This document shows positions 30,080-39,001 of a DNA stretch of 48,302 nt, in pieces. This DNA comes from Deltaproteobacteria bacterium (GTDB lineage Bacteria; Desulfobacterota; Syntrophia; Syntrophales; UBA2185), in the NCBI GenBank assembly GCA_037143735.1, contig JBAWYD010000002.1, positions 1 to 48,302 of the forward strand, read 5' to 3'. The notes beneath the pieces were generated by a model. It saw only the letters and a program-made list of their open reading frames with translations, did no database searches and was not told the DNA's origin. Position numbers and translations under genes: made by a program. Position 1 is the stretch's first letter, and every line of letters starts with the position of its first letter.

Positions 30080-31006
30080 ATGGAAGAAGAGTTATGGGCC
30101 CTGACGAAGCGGCAAGATGCCCTGGGAATGCGAGCCCTGATGATTCAGGCCATAAGGCGGTTCTTCATGGAACGGCATTATCTTGAAGTGGAAACGCCCT
30201 GCAGGGTTCCGGCACTGATTCCGGAGTCACACATTGACGCCGTTGCCTGCGGCGACTGGTTTCTGCGCCCATCCCCGGAACTCTGCATGAAACGACTGCT
30301 TGCGGCAGGTTATGAAAGGATCTTCCAGATCTGTAAATGTTTCCGTGATGGAGAGAGAGGGACATATCACCTCCCTGAATTTACAATGCTTGAGTGGTAT
30401 CGCAGGGGTATCGACTATATGTCGTTAATGGGGGAATGCCGGGATCTGATTACATCGGTTGGATTGTCGATCGGTTACGAGAACGGTGTCGTCTACCGGG
30501 GAAACAGCGTCAGTTTGAAGGGCTTATGGGAACGTCTGTCTGTGAAGGAGGCTTTTGACCGTTATGCCCCAATGTCCATGGAAGGAGCTCTGAGAGACGA
30601 TTGTTTCGATGAACTCATGGTCTGTGACATCGAACCCAATCTGGGAAGAAAGCGCCCGACGTTTCTGTGTGATTACCCCATTTACGCGGACGCCCTTGCA
30701 AGGAGAAAGAAAGAAAACCCGGCCGTGGTGGAGCGTTTTGAGTTGTACATTGCTGGAATCGAAATTGCCAATGCATGTTCCGAGCTTATTGATGCGAATG
30801 AACAGGAATTAAGGTTCGAAAGAACTCAGGCGTATCGATATTCAATTGGCAAACCCGTTTATCCCGTATCGGAACGGTTTCTCCGGGCTTTCGATACGAT
30901 GCCGGAATCGGCGGGGATTGCTTTAGGTGTGGACCGATTGGCCATGATTTTTACCGACTCTGAGACAATTGATGACGTTGTCGCTTTTACACCGGAACTT
31001 TTATGA
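30080..31006 (+). CDS. epmA: EF-P-lysine lysyltransferase EpmA (GenX/PoxA; LysRS-like class II core without an anticodon domain)
   Basis: Class II aaRS motif 2 CFRDGERGTYHLPEFTMLEWY and motif 3 GIALGVDRLAMIF. Start trimmed to ATG 30080, 8 nt after the efp stop. Confidence 0.88.
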   Translation: MEEELWALTKRQDALGMRALMIQAIRRFFMERHYLEVETPCRVPALIPESHIDAVACGDWFLRPSPELCMKRLLAAGYERIFQICKCFRDGERGTYHLPEFTMLEWYRRGIDYMSLMGECRDLITSVGLSIGYENGVVYRGNSVSLKGLWERLSVKEAFDRYAPMSMEGALRDDCFDELMVCDIEPNLGRKRPTFLCDYPIYADALARRKKENPAVVERFELYIAGIEIANACSELIDANEQELRFERTQAYRYSIGKPVYPVSERFLRAFDTMPESAGIALGVDRLAMIFTDSETIDDVVAFTPELL

Positions 31007-31086
31007 GTATCAATCCGGTTGACAAGGAAGTGTTTTTCCATTACAGGTAGTTCCGTCAAAACCGAATACATTTCAGGAGAAATAAA

Positions 31087-31839
31087 GTGAAGGAAATTTC
31101 ATCAGTTGCTGCCGGGAATATGGGAGGACATTTTCATGGCAGTCTTCTTAGCATGGTCCTTGACGCAGGAGCGATGGTGCAGTTTGTTCTTTTGTTGCTT
31201 CTTTTCTTTTCCGTAGTATCATGGGCCATCATTCTCATGAAGTACAGGAGCATCAAGAAGGCAAAACGGGAGAATGATCTGTTCCTGGACGCCTACATGA
31301 AGAGCGACAAACTGTCTGACATCCTCCCGGAATCGAAAAAATTCAAACACTCCAACATGGCCGAAGTGTTCCAGGCAGGGTACACCGAGCTGATTAAAAT
31401 TACGAAGGTTATTCGAGGTTCAACGCCAGTCAGGGAAAGCGATGATCCGAATGTGATTCCTGTGGAGATGAAAGGCATTGACAATGTTGAAAGGGCCATG
31501 AATAGAGCGTGCAGCTCTGAGGTCACGAAGCTTGAGAGTGCTTTAGGTTTTCTTGCGACGACGGGAAACGCTTCACCCTTCATCGGGTTGTTTGGAACGG
31601 TATGGGGGATCATGGATACGTTTAAAGGAATTGGGGCAAGAGGTTCGGCGACACTGGCGGTTGTAGCCCCTGGGATATCGGAGGCATTGATTGCCACGGC
31701 TGCCGGTTTGGCGGCCGCCATACCGGCAGTCATTTTTTATAATTATTATTTGAACCGGGTAAAAACCATGGCTATGGAAATGGATAATTTTGCCTCTGAG
31801 GTGTTGAATATTATCGAACGATATTATGTTAAGAGATAA
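31087..31839 (+). CDS. tolQ: Tol-Pal system protein TolQ (MotA/TolQ/ExbB proton channel)
   Basis: 250 aa with 3 TMs and TTGNASPFIGLFGTVWGIM. GTG start preceded by AGGAGA. Confidence 0.9.
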   Translation: MKEISSVAAGNMGGHFHGSLLSMVLDAGAMVQFVLLLLLFFSVVSWAIILMKYRSIKKAKRENDLFLDAYMKSDKLSDILPESKKFKHSNMAEVFQAGYTELIKITKVIRGSTPVRESDDPNVIPVEMKGIDNVERAMNRACSSEVTKLESALGFLATTGNASPFIGLFGTVWGIMDTFKGIGARGSATLAVVAPGISEALIATAAGLAAAIPAVIFYNYYLNRVKTMAMEMDNFASEVLNIIERYYVKR

Positions 31840-31845
31840 AGATTT

Positions 31846-32271
31846 ATGCGATACGAAAAAAAACGTCTTCATTTTGAGAGCAGGCTTTTATCCGATATCA
31901 ATGTTACCCCCCTGGTTGATGTTGTCCTTGTTTTATTAATCATTTTTATGGTGACGGCCCCGATGCTTCAGATGGGTATTGATGTTAATCTGCCCCGGGT
32001 TAAATCGAAGAGTATCGACGTAACGGAAGAGAAGCTTGTCCTGACGGTCAATGGTGCGAAAGAGATATATATCAATAAATATAAGACCTCTTTGACAGAT
32101 CTCAGTATGAAACTGGAGAGCATTTTTGCCAGCAGGATCGACAGAGAGGTTTTCATGAGAGCTGATAAGACTGTTCCTTATGGATTTGTGGTGGAAGTGA
32201 TGTCTGAAATCAGGAAATCCGGGGTTGACAAGCTCGGGATGATCACGGAACCGCCCGAGGAATCGAGATGA
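31846..32271 (+). CDS. tolR: Tol-Pal system protein TolR (ExbD/TolR family)
   Basis: 141 aa. INVTPLVDVVLVLLIIFMV TM segment with the conserved Asp. Confidence 0.9.
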   Translation: MRYEKKRLHFESRLLSDINVTPLVDVVLVLLIIFMVTAPMLQMGIDVNLPRVKSKSIDVTEEKLVLTVNGAKEIYINKYKTSLTDLSMKLESIFASRIDREVFMRADKTVPYGFVVEVMSEIRKSGVDKLGMITEPPEESR

Positions 32272-32990
32272 CGTCGCAGAAATGGATCAGGGGGCGATTG
32301 AACAATGGCTTCACCCTTCATAGAATGATCCTCCTGTCTGTCTTCCTCCATGCGGTGATTCTGTCCATAACCTTCTTTTCACCCTCTCTCCCCTCACCTA
32401 AATGGACGTTTGGGCCCGTCTATTCAGTACAGCTCGTCAGTTTTTCGGAAATTTTACTGAACCGGAAAGACCCATCAGCGACCTCCGGAGATTTCAATGA
32501 CCGAATGACCGCTGATCGTGCCTTCATCCTGAAAAAGCGGACTGATACAGATCCATCTGTGCCGATGAAAAAAGCGGAAGTTCAAAAGCGGGATTCTGCC
32601 GATATTGAAAAAGCCATGGAAAACATCAGGCAGAGGGTATCGTCCGCCGGACAGACATCTGCCACTGCACCGAGCCAGCCTGGCGAAACCGATACTGGCT
32701 TGAAAATGAAGATATACTACGCCGCAATCTGGGCCAGAATCAAAAGTCAATGGGTTCTTCCCCAGGGCATCCTCTCCCGGAAAAACATCGAGGCGGTTAT
32801 CCATGTGAAGGTTTTAAGAAGCGGCAATGTGACGGATCTGAGTTTTGAAAAACGTTCTGGCAATCGATATTTTGATGAGTCCGCCATGAGAGCCATCCAG
32901 AAGGCAAGCCCCCTTCCTCCACTGCCCGAGTGGGTGAGAGACAGCAGCATTGAGATTGGCATTCGTTTCCATTCATCAGAACTGCGGTAG
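32268..32990 (+). CDS. tolA: TolA-like protein with a TonB/TolA C-terminal domain
   Basis: 240 aa with an N-terminal TM, a linker, and a C-terminal TonB_C-like segment (YAAIWARIKSQWVLP...RAIQKASPLPPLP). Sits between tolR and tolB. Confidence 0.65.
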   Translation: MTSQKWIRGRLNNGFTLHRMILLSVFLHAVILSITFFSPSLPSPKWTFGPVYSVQLVSFSEILLNRKDPSATSGDFNDRMTADRAFILKKRTDTDPSVPMKKAEVQKRDSADIEKAMENIRQRVSSAGQTSATAPSQPGETDTGLKMKIYYAAIWARIKSQWVLPQGILSRKNIEAVIHVKVLRSGNVTDLSFEKRSGNRYFDESAMRAIQKASPLPPLPEWVRDSSIEIGIRFHSSELR

Positions 32991-33030
32991 GACGTGTCTA
33001 AGTAAATAAAAAGGAAGCGCTGAAGATCCA

Positions 33031-34356
33031 GTGAGTAATGCGTCGTCAAAAATTTCTGCATGCTTTTTTGCATTCATAATCTTTTTTTATGCGGGCGTTG
33101 ACGTCTCTGCCAAAGTATATATCGACATAGATTCTCCATCTTTTCAAAAGTTTCCTATCGCTATTTCTGACTTTGATAAAAAGGGGAAGGATTCCCACAC
33201 AGAGGATCTTTCAATCTGGTTTCCCAATGCCCTGACAAATTACCTGACGATGACCGGTTTCTTTAACATCATCAGCAAAAGAGCATTTCTTGAAGGTCAA
33301 CACCGGACGGAAACGCCGGACGAACGTATCGACTTTGACAGGTGGACGATGATCGGTGCGGAATATCTGGTAAAAGGACGTTATGAGCACGCAGGGGGAA
33401 AGCTGAGCACAGACTTTCGTCTTTATGATGTTGTCAGGGGAGACCTTGTTGTTGGAAAGCAATATACCGGTAATGTTGAACAGAAAAACGATATGGTCCG
33501 TCAATTTGCCCGCGAGATCCTTTTTGCTCTGACAGGAGATGGCGGCGTATTTGACACGAAAATAGCCTTTGTCGTAAAGACGGAAAGGGCGTCGGATATT
33601 TATGTGATCGACATCGACGGTTCCAATCTGTTCAGAGTGACGGATGAACGGTCCGTTACCCTTTCACCACGCTGGTCACCGGACGGCCAATATATGTCAT
33701 ACACGTCTTATAAAGATGGAAATCCGGACCTCTATGTCAGATCCCTGAATGGCTCCTCGACAAAAAAAATTGCAGGTTTCAGGGGGATCAATCTTTCAGG
33801 GACATGGGCGCAGGATGGCAGAAGGATTCTGCTCACATCAAGCAAGGATGGAAACGAAGAGATATATGTGATGGACCTTAACACTGGATTTTTTGAGCGC
33901 CTCACCCATCACTTTTCTATAGATGTATCTCCTGCCTGGTCGCCCGATAACCAGAAAATCGCCTTTGTTTCAAATCGCTCCGGGTCTCCGCAGATATACC
34001 TGATGGATGCTGACGGAAGCAACGTAAGAAGACTGACCTATGATGGGAATTATAATACATCCCCGTCCTGGTCTCCCAGGGGGAAAAGGATTGCCTATGA
34101 AGGGTTGGTCAACGGGCGTTTTCAGTTATTTTCCATCGATGAGGACGGTGCGCACAATATGCAACTGACCTTTGACAACGCAGACCATGAATCGCCCACC
34201 TGGTCCCCCGACGGCAGATATCTGGCCTTTTATTTGAGGCAGGGTGGCCGGAGCGGCATATACGTGATGAATGCGAATGGATCGAACGTGAGATTATTGT
34301 ATGAGGGGAAAAACCGTTCCACCATGCCATCTTGGTCTCCCCGATTGAAACGGTGA
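33031..34356 (+). CDS. tolB: Tol-Pal system beta-propeller protein TolB
   Basis: Signal peptide. Repeated propeller blades with SPRWSPDG, SPAWSPDN, SPSWSPRG and SPTWSPDG motifs. Confidence 0.93.
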   Translation: MSNASSKISACFFAFIIFFYAGVDVSAKVYIDIDSPSFQKFPIAISDFDKKGKDSHTEDLSIWFPNALTNYLTMTGFFNIISKRAFLEGQHRTETPDERIDFDRWTMIGAEYLVKGRYEHAGGKLSTDFRLYDVVRGDLVVGKQYTGNVEQKNDMVRQFAREILFALTGDGGVFDTKIAFVVKTERASDIYVIDIDGSNLFRVTDERSVTLSPRWSPDGQYMSYTSYKDGNPDLYVRSLNGSSTKKIAGFRGINLSGTWAQDGRRILLTSSKDGNEEIYVMDLNTGFFERLTHHFSIDVSPAWSPDNQKIAFVSNRSGSPQIYLMDADGSNVRRLTYDGNYNTSPSWSPRGKRIAYEGLVNGRFQLFSIDEDGAHNMQLTFDNADHESPTWSPDGRYLAFYLRQGGRSGIYVMNANGSNVRLLYEGKNRSTMPSWSPRLKR

Positions 34357-34385
34357 TGACGGATGTTTGAAAAAAATAATTATTT

Positions 34386-34420
34386 CCGGGAAGTTCCCGT
34401 CCTGTGGGCGGGGATCTTCA
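34386..34420 (+). promoter_or_regulatory. copy 1 of the recurrent bipartite motif CCGGGAAGTTCC...CCTGTGGG...ATCTTC
   Basis: 28 of 35 aligned positions are identical to 43337..43370. Contains the dyad GGGAAgTTCCC. Intergenic, between tolB and pal. Confidence 0.45.
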
Positions 34421-34662
34421 TTTATACCGGTTTAAAAGAGCGGACTTTCAATTTTTAGGTTGACCTTTATGACCGTATTGTGATTGTTTGGAAAATAAGG
34501 TTCCGAAGTCTCACAGCTTTATTGTGCAATTGTGCAGTAGAGGAGACACGAGCGGGGAGGGAGCGGATATGCCGTTTTCTTTTTTATCTGTTTTTTCAGA
34601 ATGGTAATGGTATTTATCGTTAAATATCAGGACCATAGATCAATTGGGAAAGGAGAAAAGTA

Positions 34663-35277
34663 ATGAAGAAAAGGTTGGTGTTGGCAGGGATCATAGGCTT
34701 GATGGTATGTTCCATGTTTATTTTTATGACAGGGTGCGCAAAAAAGACAGTCGTAAAAGAAGAGGCGGCTGCCACGAAGGAACAGGCCCCCGCAGACAAG
34801 GTGGCACTGAAAGACCAGGCCTCAAAAACGGGAGAAGCCGACGCGGGTGTGTCTGACAAAGAAAAACCCCTGACAGACATGGCTTCGAAGGAGCAGGCAG
34901 CAGGTGGCGCGGCCGCAGAAGGGATGGCAAAGGAGAAAGACGCCCTTGCTGATGTATATTTTGATTTTGATAAGTACAATCTGAAACCGGAATCGAGGGT
35001 GATTCTTAAAGGCCATGCAGCATGGCTTGCCGAAAACAAGGATTATAAACTGGTCATTGAAGGACACTGTGACGAAAGAGGGACGGCGGAATATAATCTG
35101 GCCCTTGGAGAAAGAAGGGCCGCCGAGGCGATGAAATATATGGTTGAATTAGGTGTTGTTGCAAAGAGAATGAAGACCATGAGCTATGGCAAGGAAATGC
35201 CTCTGGATCCTGGACATAATGAAGAGGCATGGACGAAAAACAGGAGAGACCACTTTGTTGTAACACCCCAAAAGTAG
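34663..35277 (+). CDS. pal: peptidoglycan-associated lipoprotein Pal (OmpA-like domain)
   Basis: Lipobox FMTGC, an A/E/K-rich linker, and an OmpA domain with VIEGHCDERGTAEYNLALGERRA. Confidence 0.93.
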   Translation: MKKRLVLAGIIGLMVCSMFIFMTGCAKKTVVKEEAAATKEQAPADKVALKDQASKTGEADAGVSDKEKPLTDMASKEQAAGGAAAEGMAKEKDALADVYFDFDKYNLKPESRVILKGHAAWLAENKDYKLVIEGHCDERGTAEYNLALGERRAAEAMKYMVELGVVAKRMKTMSYGKEMPLDPGHNEEAWTKNRRDHFVVTPQK

Positions 35278-35278
35278 G

Positions 35279-36115
35279 ATGATAACAGGGGAGGTGCAGG
35301 GATTGAAGAAAAAGATATCCGTTCTTCTGATTTTGTGTCTTATATCCATTTCGGGTTGCGCAACGACGAAGGACCTCGATCGTGTTCAGGGTGACCTCGA
35401 TCGGAAAATCCAGGCGCTGAAAGAGGAAAATACAAATATCCGGAAGGATGTTGAAAAAATCAATGAAGCCATAGCAGCCCTGCGTAAAAGTCAGGCCGAG
35501 GCGGGCGCGGATGTTACGGAAATAAGGGATGAGATTCGGGGATTGAAAGGAACGGCCGAAGGATTGCGGAAGGATGTGGCCGTCGTGAAGGATTATAAGG
35601 ATCTCAAGGAAAAAGTGGAGCAATCTTCCTTCAAGATCAATTTTTTAGAGAATTTTTTGGGGATTGGCAAAAAGGATAATCACGCGGAAGGGCCGGATCG
35701 GGGGAACCGGGGGGGCGCCAAAAACGCCTTGAAGGGGAAGATGGATAAGGAAGCGCTTTATGCGGCTGCCTATGAAACGTTCAAAGAAGGAAAATACGAG
35801 AAGTCAAGATCGGAATTTCAGAACTTTCTTAAGCAGCACCCTGCCTCGGAGTATTCTGATAACGCCCAGTTCTGGATTGGAGAAAGCTATTATTTTGAAA
35901 ACAAATATGAGAAGGCAATTCTTGAATATGAAAAAGTTGTAAAGAACTATCCGCAGGGGAATAAAGTTCCCTATGCCTTACTCAAACAGGGACTTTCATT
36001 TCTAAAACTGGGGGATAAGTCGAGTGCAAGGCTGCTTTTCCAACAGGTAATAAAGGATTATCCCAATACAAACCAGGCAAGAATAGCCAGGGCAAAATTA
36101 ATAGAAATAAAATAA
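35279..36115 (+). CDS. cpoB: Tol-Pal system protein CpoB/YbgF (coiled coil plus TPR)
   Basis: The C-terminal TPR region (YSDNAQFWIGESYYF...YPQGNKVPYALLKQG) is typical of YbgF. The likely true start is TTG 35303, preceded by GGAGG, giving the lipoprotein-like signal MKKKISVLLILCLISISGC. Confidence 0.85.
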   Translation: MITGEVQGLKKKISVLLILCLISISGCATTKDLDRVQGDLDRKIQALKEENTNIRKDVEKINEAIAALRKSQAEAGADVTEIRDEIRGLKGTAEGLRKDVAVVKDYKDLKEKVEQSSFKINFLENFLGIGKKDNHAEGPDRGNRGGAKNALKGKMDKEALYAAAYETFKEGKYEKSRSEFQNFLKQHPASEYSDNAQFWIGESYYFENKYEKAILEYEKVVKNYPQGNKVPYALLKQGLSFLKLGDKSSARLLFQQVIKDYPNTNQARIARAKLIEIK

Positions 36116-36122
36116 GGGTTTT

Positions 36123-36968
36123 TTAATCCAGATAAATAGGGGCTACACCCTGTGGCACCTGGAGGTCGAACGCGAATGCATCAACATCCGATGCAAATTG
36201 AACACTGGAGTAGCGGATAATCACCTTCGACGGGTGATTGTCCGCCATTTCCGATGTAAGCGTTACCTTCAGAGGTATGGCGGCAGGTGAGCCAGACGTG
36301 TCGAACCCTTCAAATCTGGCAGTATATGAGGTACTGCCGCTATCCTTGAAGACCCTGACTTCAACAAGATGGTGAGTCGAAGGATCCACCCATATGGATT
36401 GGAGTTTCCTGCCTTCAGAGACCATATCAACGCGATACAGATGTCCCTCCATAAAACCCTTCAAGAAGACATTTTTTTCACGGACACGGGGATATGTGCC
36501 AAGCATGATGGACAGCAGATCCTCCGTGCTGAGCCCCGTAGCAAGAAAATTCGCAATATGGATCAGATTCTCCGTCGTCGCTTTCCCGATGTAAAACGCT
36601 TCCTTCTGGGGGAGAAACATTTTAAGCAAGTCCTCATGAATGGAAAGGAATAAATAAACCGGTCCAATAACGGGAATAGCCTCCACCCGCAGGGAGGAAG
36701 GTCTTTTTATAAGTAGCGCGGCTTTTGTCGAATATCGCCCGGCTTCGTGAATTACTTCGATGTTCGCCACAGCCATGAGGACGCCCTGGTCCGGACGTGT
36801 CATTTCCTCCAGGACAGTCTCAGGTTTCAAGGTATGAATCGCACGTCTATAGTCATCAGGGGAGGTTTTTGCGGGGGAACATGCAGAGGAAATTACCATT
36901 AACAACAGCCCAAGAAGAGGGCGGCTGTATTTTTTGAAGCAAGTTATCGATGAAAGACCTACTATCAA
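36123..36968 (-). CDS. LolA/LolB-fold (DUF4292-like) lipoprotein
   Basis: 281 aa with signal peptide and lipobox VISSAC. General resemblance to the LolB/DUF4292 pattern, by recall only. 4-nt overlap with the upstream TPR gene. Confidence 0.4.
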   Translation of the reverse strand: MIVGLSSITCFKKYSRPLLGLLLMVISSACSPAKTSPDDYRRAIHTLKPETVLEEMTRPDQGVLMAVANIEVIHEAGRYSTKAALLIKRPSSLRVEAIPVIGPVYLFLSIHEDLLKMFLPQKEAFYIGKATTENLIHIANFLATGLSTEDLLSIMLGTYPRVREKNVFLKGFMEGHLYRVDMVSEGRKLQSIWVDPSTHHLVEVRVFKDSGSTSYTARFEGFDTSGSPAAIPLKVTLTSEMADNHPSKVIIRYSSVQFASDVDAFAFDLQVPQGVAPIYLD

Positions 36969-38695
36969 GGGATCCCTTTTTTCAACAGGTCGTCAAGTTT
37001 TTTCTGCAGAAGGCGGTTGTCGGGAATTCGTTTCAGCGCTTGCCTGTATATTTCAATCGCTTCCCGGATCATGCCCGCCTTCGCATAGGCGTCGCCAAGG
37101 TGTTCTGCAATGGTTGCATCTTCCGGCAACGCATCCAGAGCTTTTTTCAGGTATGTTATGGCCAGCTCTGTCCTGTTCTGTTTGAAGTATACCCACCCGA
37201 GACTGTCGGTCATATAGCCGTTTCCCGGTTTCATTTCGAGGGCTTTCTTGATTAATTTTTCGGCCTTCGAGAGGTGAATCCCCCTGTCGGCATACGTGTA
37301 GCCGATAAAGTTTAGTGCTTCCGCATTTTCAGGATCAAATCCCAAAACCGTCTCCATCGCTCGAATGCTTTCGGAAAATCGATTCGTCTTTTCGTAAAGC
37401 ACGCCGAGACTATAATGAAGATCGATGTTTTTTGGTATGACGAGAATCCCCTGTTTCAGAGTTTCCTCGGCGGCTTCATATTTTTTATTTTCCTCGTAAA
37501 GGGATGAGAGAAAAATGTAAAAGCCGGGCGTTTCTTTCCTGTTTGTAATGGCCTTTTTGATGATCACAATGGCTTCATCCACTTTCCCTTCTCTCTTCAG
37601 GATCATGCCCTGATGCATCCGGGCATTGCCGTAAAATTCCGAGTCCGGAGGGATCTTGTCAAATTCTTCAAAAGCCTGATAATAGGCTTTTCTTTCTTCA
37701 TATATGGACGCCAGCAGGTATCTTGCCCTGTGATCACCCCGGTTTTTTGCAAGTAACGAAGAAAATTCCCCGATGGCCCTGTCATATTGCCTGCTTTCAA
37801 AATAGACGAGAGCAAGGGTAAATCGAACTTCCCTGTTGGCATTATCCAGGGCAAGAATGTCTTGCAGGACTTTTTCCGCCTCTTTGTATTTATGATCTCT
37901 TATAAACAGCTCTCCCAACTTTACTCTGACGTTGATCCTGGCGGGATAGATATTGATATAGTTCTGGAAGGTTTCAATGGCCAGGGTGTTCTTCTTCTGG
38001 TTTTCATAGAAAAGTCCCAGGTCAATCAGTGCCGATTCAAAGGAGGGTTTTAAGGCCAGGGTCCTCTTGAAAGCCTGTTCAGCCTCATCGTAACGCTTCA
38101 TTTCAGCCAGTGTCTTTGCAAGATAGTAGTTGCCCATCAGATGATCCTGATCAATGCGGAGCAATGCATTAAATGCATCTCTCGCCATGTCGAATCTTTT
38201 TGTCTCCGCATAGATGGTGCCGAGATAAAGATGGGCGGTTGTACGATTCGGGTCTATTTGAATAATCTTTTTGTAGGTTATAATGGCGTTATCAAAATCT
38301 TTGATATTCAGATAAAGACCGCCAAGCAGAAGATAGGTATCGATGTTATCAGGGTTATAGACGAGGGATTCCCTGCATAGATCCAAGGCTTTTTTAAACT
38401 CGCCCTTTTCAATGTAAAAGGTCGCGAGTTCTGTCGCAAGGTGGGAAGATGATGGGTCAAAGCTGAGAGCTTTTTCAAATTCTTCTATGGCGCTGTCGAT
38501 GTTTTCATCAAGGGCTAACATGACCCCCAGGGAGTAATGATAGGTCGCATCGAAAGATATTTTTTTATCTCGATCTGTCCCTGCTCCCTCTTTTCCGGGA
38601 AACCACAGACATCCGCATAGCGTCCATGATATGACGGTGATGAAGCATATTGATGCAATATTTCTACGTATGTGATTCAAATGAATACCTTTCAT
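36965..38695 (-). CDS. tetratricopeptide-repeat lipoprotein
   Basis: 576 aa with lipobox TLCGC. More than 12 tandem 34-residue TPR-like units (A..Y..A..L..DP.N pattern throughout). Confidence 0.85.
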   Translation of the reverse strand: MKGIHLNHIRRNIASICFITVISWTLCGCLWFPGKEGAGTDRDKKISFDATYHYSLGVMLALDENIDSAIEEFEKALSFDPSSSHLATELATFYIEKGEFKKALDLCRESLVYNPDNIDTYLLLGGLYLNIKDFDNAIITYKKIIQIDPNRTTAHLYLGTIYAETKRFDMARDAFNALLRIDQDHLMGNYYLAKTLAEMKRYDEAEQAFKRTLALKPSFESALIDLGLFYENQKKNTLAIETFQNYINIYPARINVRVKLGELFIRDHKYKEAEKVLQDILALDNANREVRFTLALVYFESRQYDRAIGEFSSLLAKNRGDHRARYLLASIYEERKAYYQAFEEFDKIPPDSEFYGNARMHQGMILKREGKVDEAIVIIKKAITNRKETPGFYIFLSSLYEENKKYEAAEETLKQGILVIPKNIDLHYSLGVLYEKTNRFSESIRAMETVLGFDPENAEALNFIGYTYADRGIHLSKAEKLIKKALEMKPGNGYMTDSLGWVYFKQNRTELAITYLKKALDALPEDATIAEHLGDAYAKAGMIREAIEIYRQALKRIPDNRLLQKKLDDLLKKGIP

Positions 38696-38710
38696 CTGTA
38701 ACTTGCGGCA

Positions 38711-38990
38711 TTACTTAACAAGGTCGGATACAGGAACGATTACAACGCCCGTAGCTTTCAAAACGGGTATGGCTTTTTGCAGCGCCCGGTTGCTCATCGG
38801 GATAGGTATGCGGTTCCATAGGAAGGTGCAGAATGACTTCTTTGCCTTTCGCATGCAGAACCCCTGCTGCATCGACCGAATGGTGATTATAGGGAAGAAC
38901 AGCAAAGGTCAACGGCGCATCAATCTTGATAAGTTCACGCAACAGCCGAATATCGTAACCTACTTTTTTTTGGCCTCATGCCACCCTTAT
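38711..38990 (-). pseudogene. decayed remnant of a divergent polysaccharide deacetylase (YibQ family)
   Basis: Frame A reads (KKV)GYDIRLLRELIKIDAPLTFAVLPYNHHSVDAAGVLHAKGKEVILHLPMEPHTYP. This aligns with E. coli YibQ DDFGY...ISVAVLPDAPHAREMATKAHNSGHEVLIHLPMAP. Only about 90 codons fit between ctpA and the TPR gene, against roughly 250 or more expected. There is no proper N-terminus, and the better continuation (PMSNRALQKAIPVLKATGVVIV) is in another frame. Confidence 0.55.
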
Positions 38991-39001
38991 GACGTTTTAT
39001 G

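Noticed and set aside
34386-34420. Reading the recurrent motif on the minus strand as a classical sigmaE promoter (GGAACTT on the reverse complement)
   Set aside because: On the minus strand the nearest TCAAA-like -10 is 20 nt away. Transcription would also run antisense into tolB, or into the Cys-rich ORF for copy 2. Orientation with the downstream genes favours the plus-strand reading.
34620-35623. Minus-strand ORFs of 139 aa and 189 aa across pal and cpoB
   Set aside because: Antisense to two well-supported Tol-Pal genes. Biased Ala/Ser/Phe composition mirrors the sense-strand codons.
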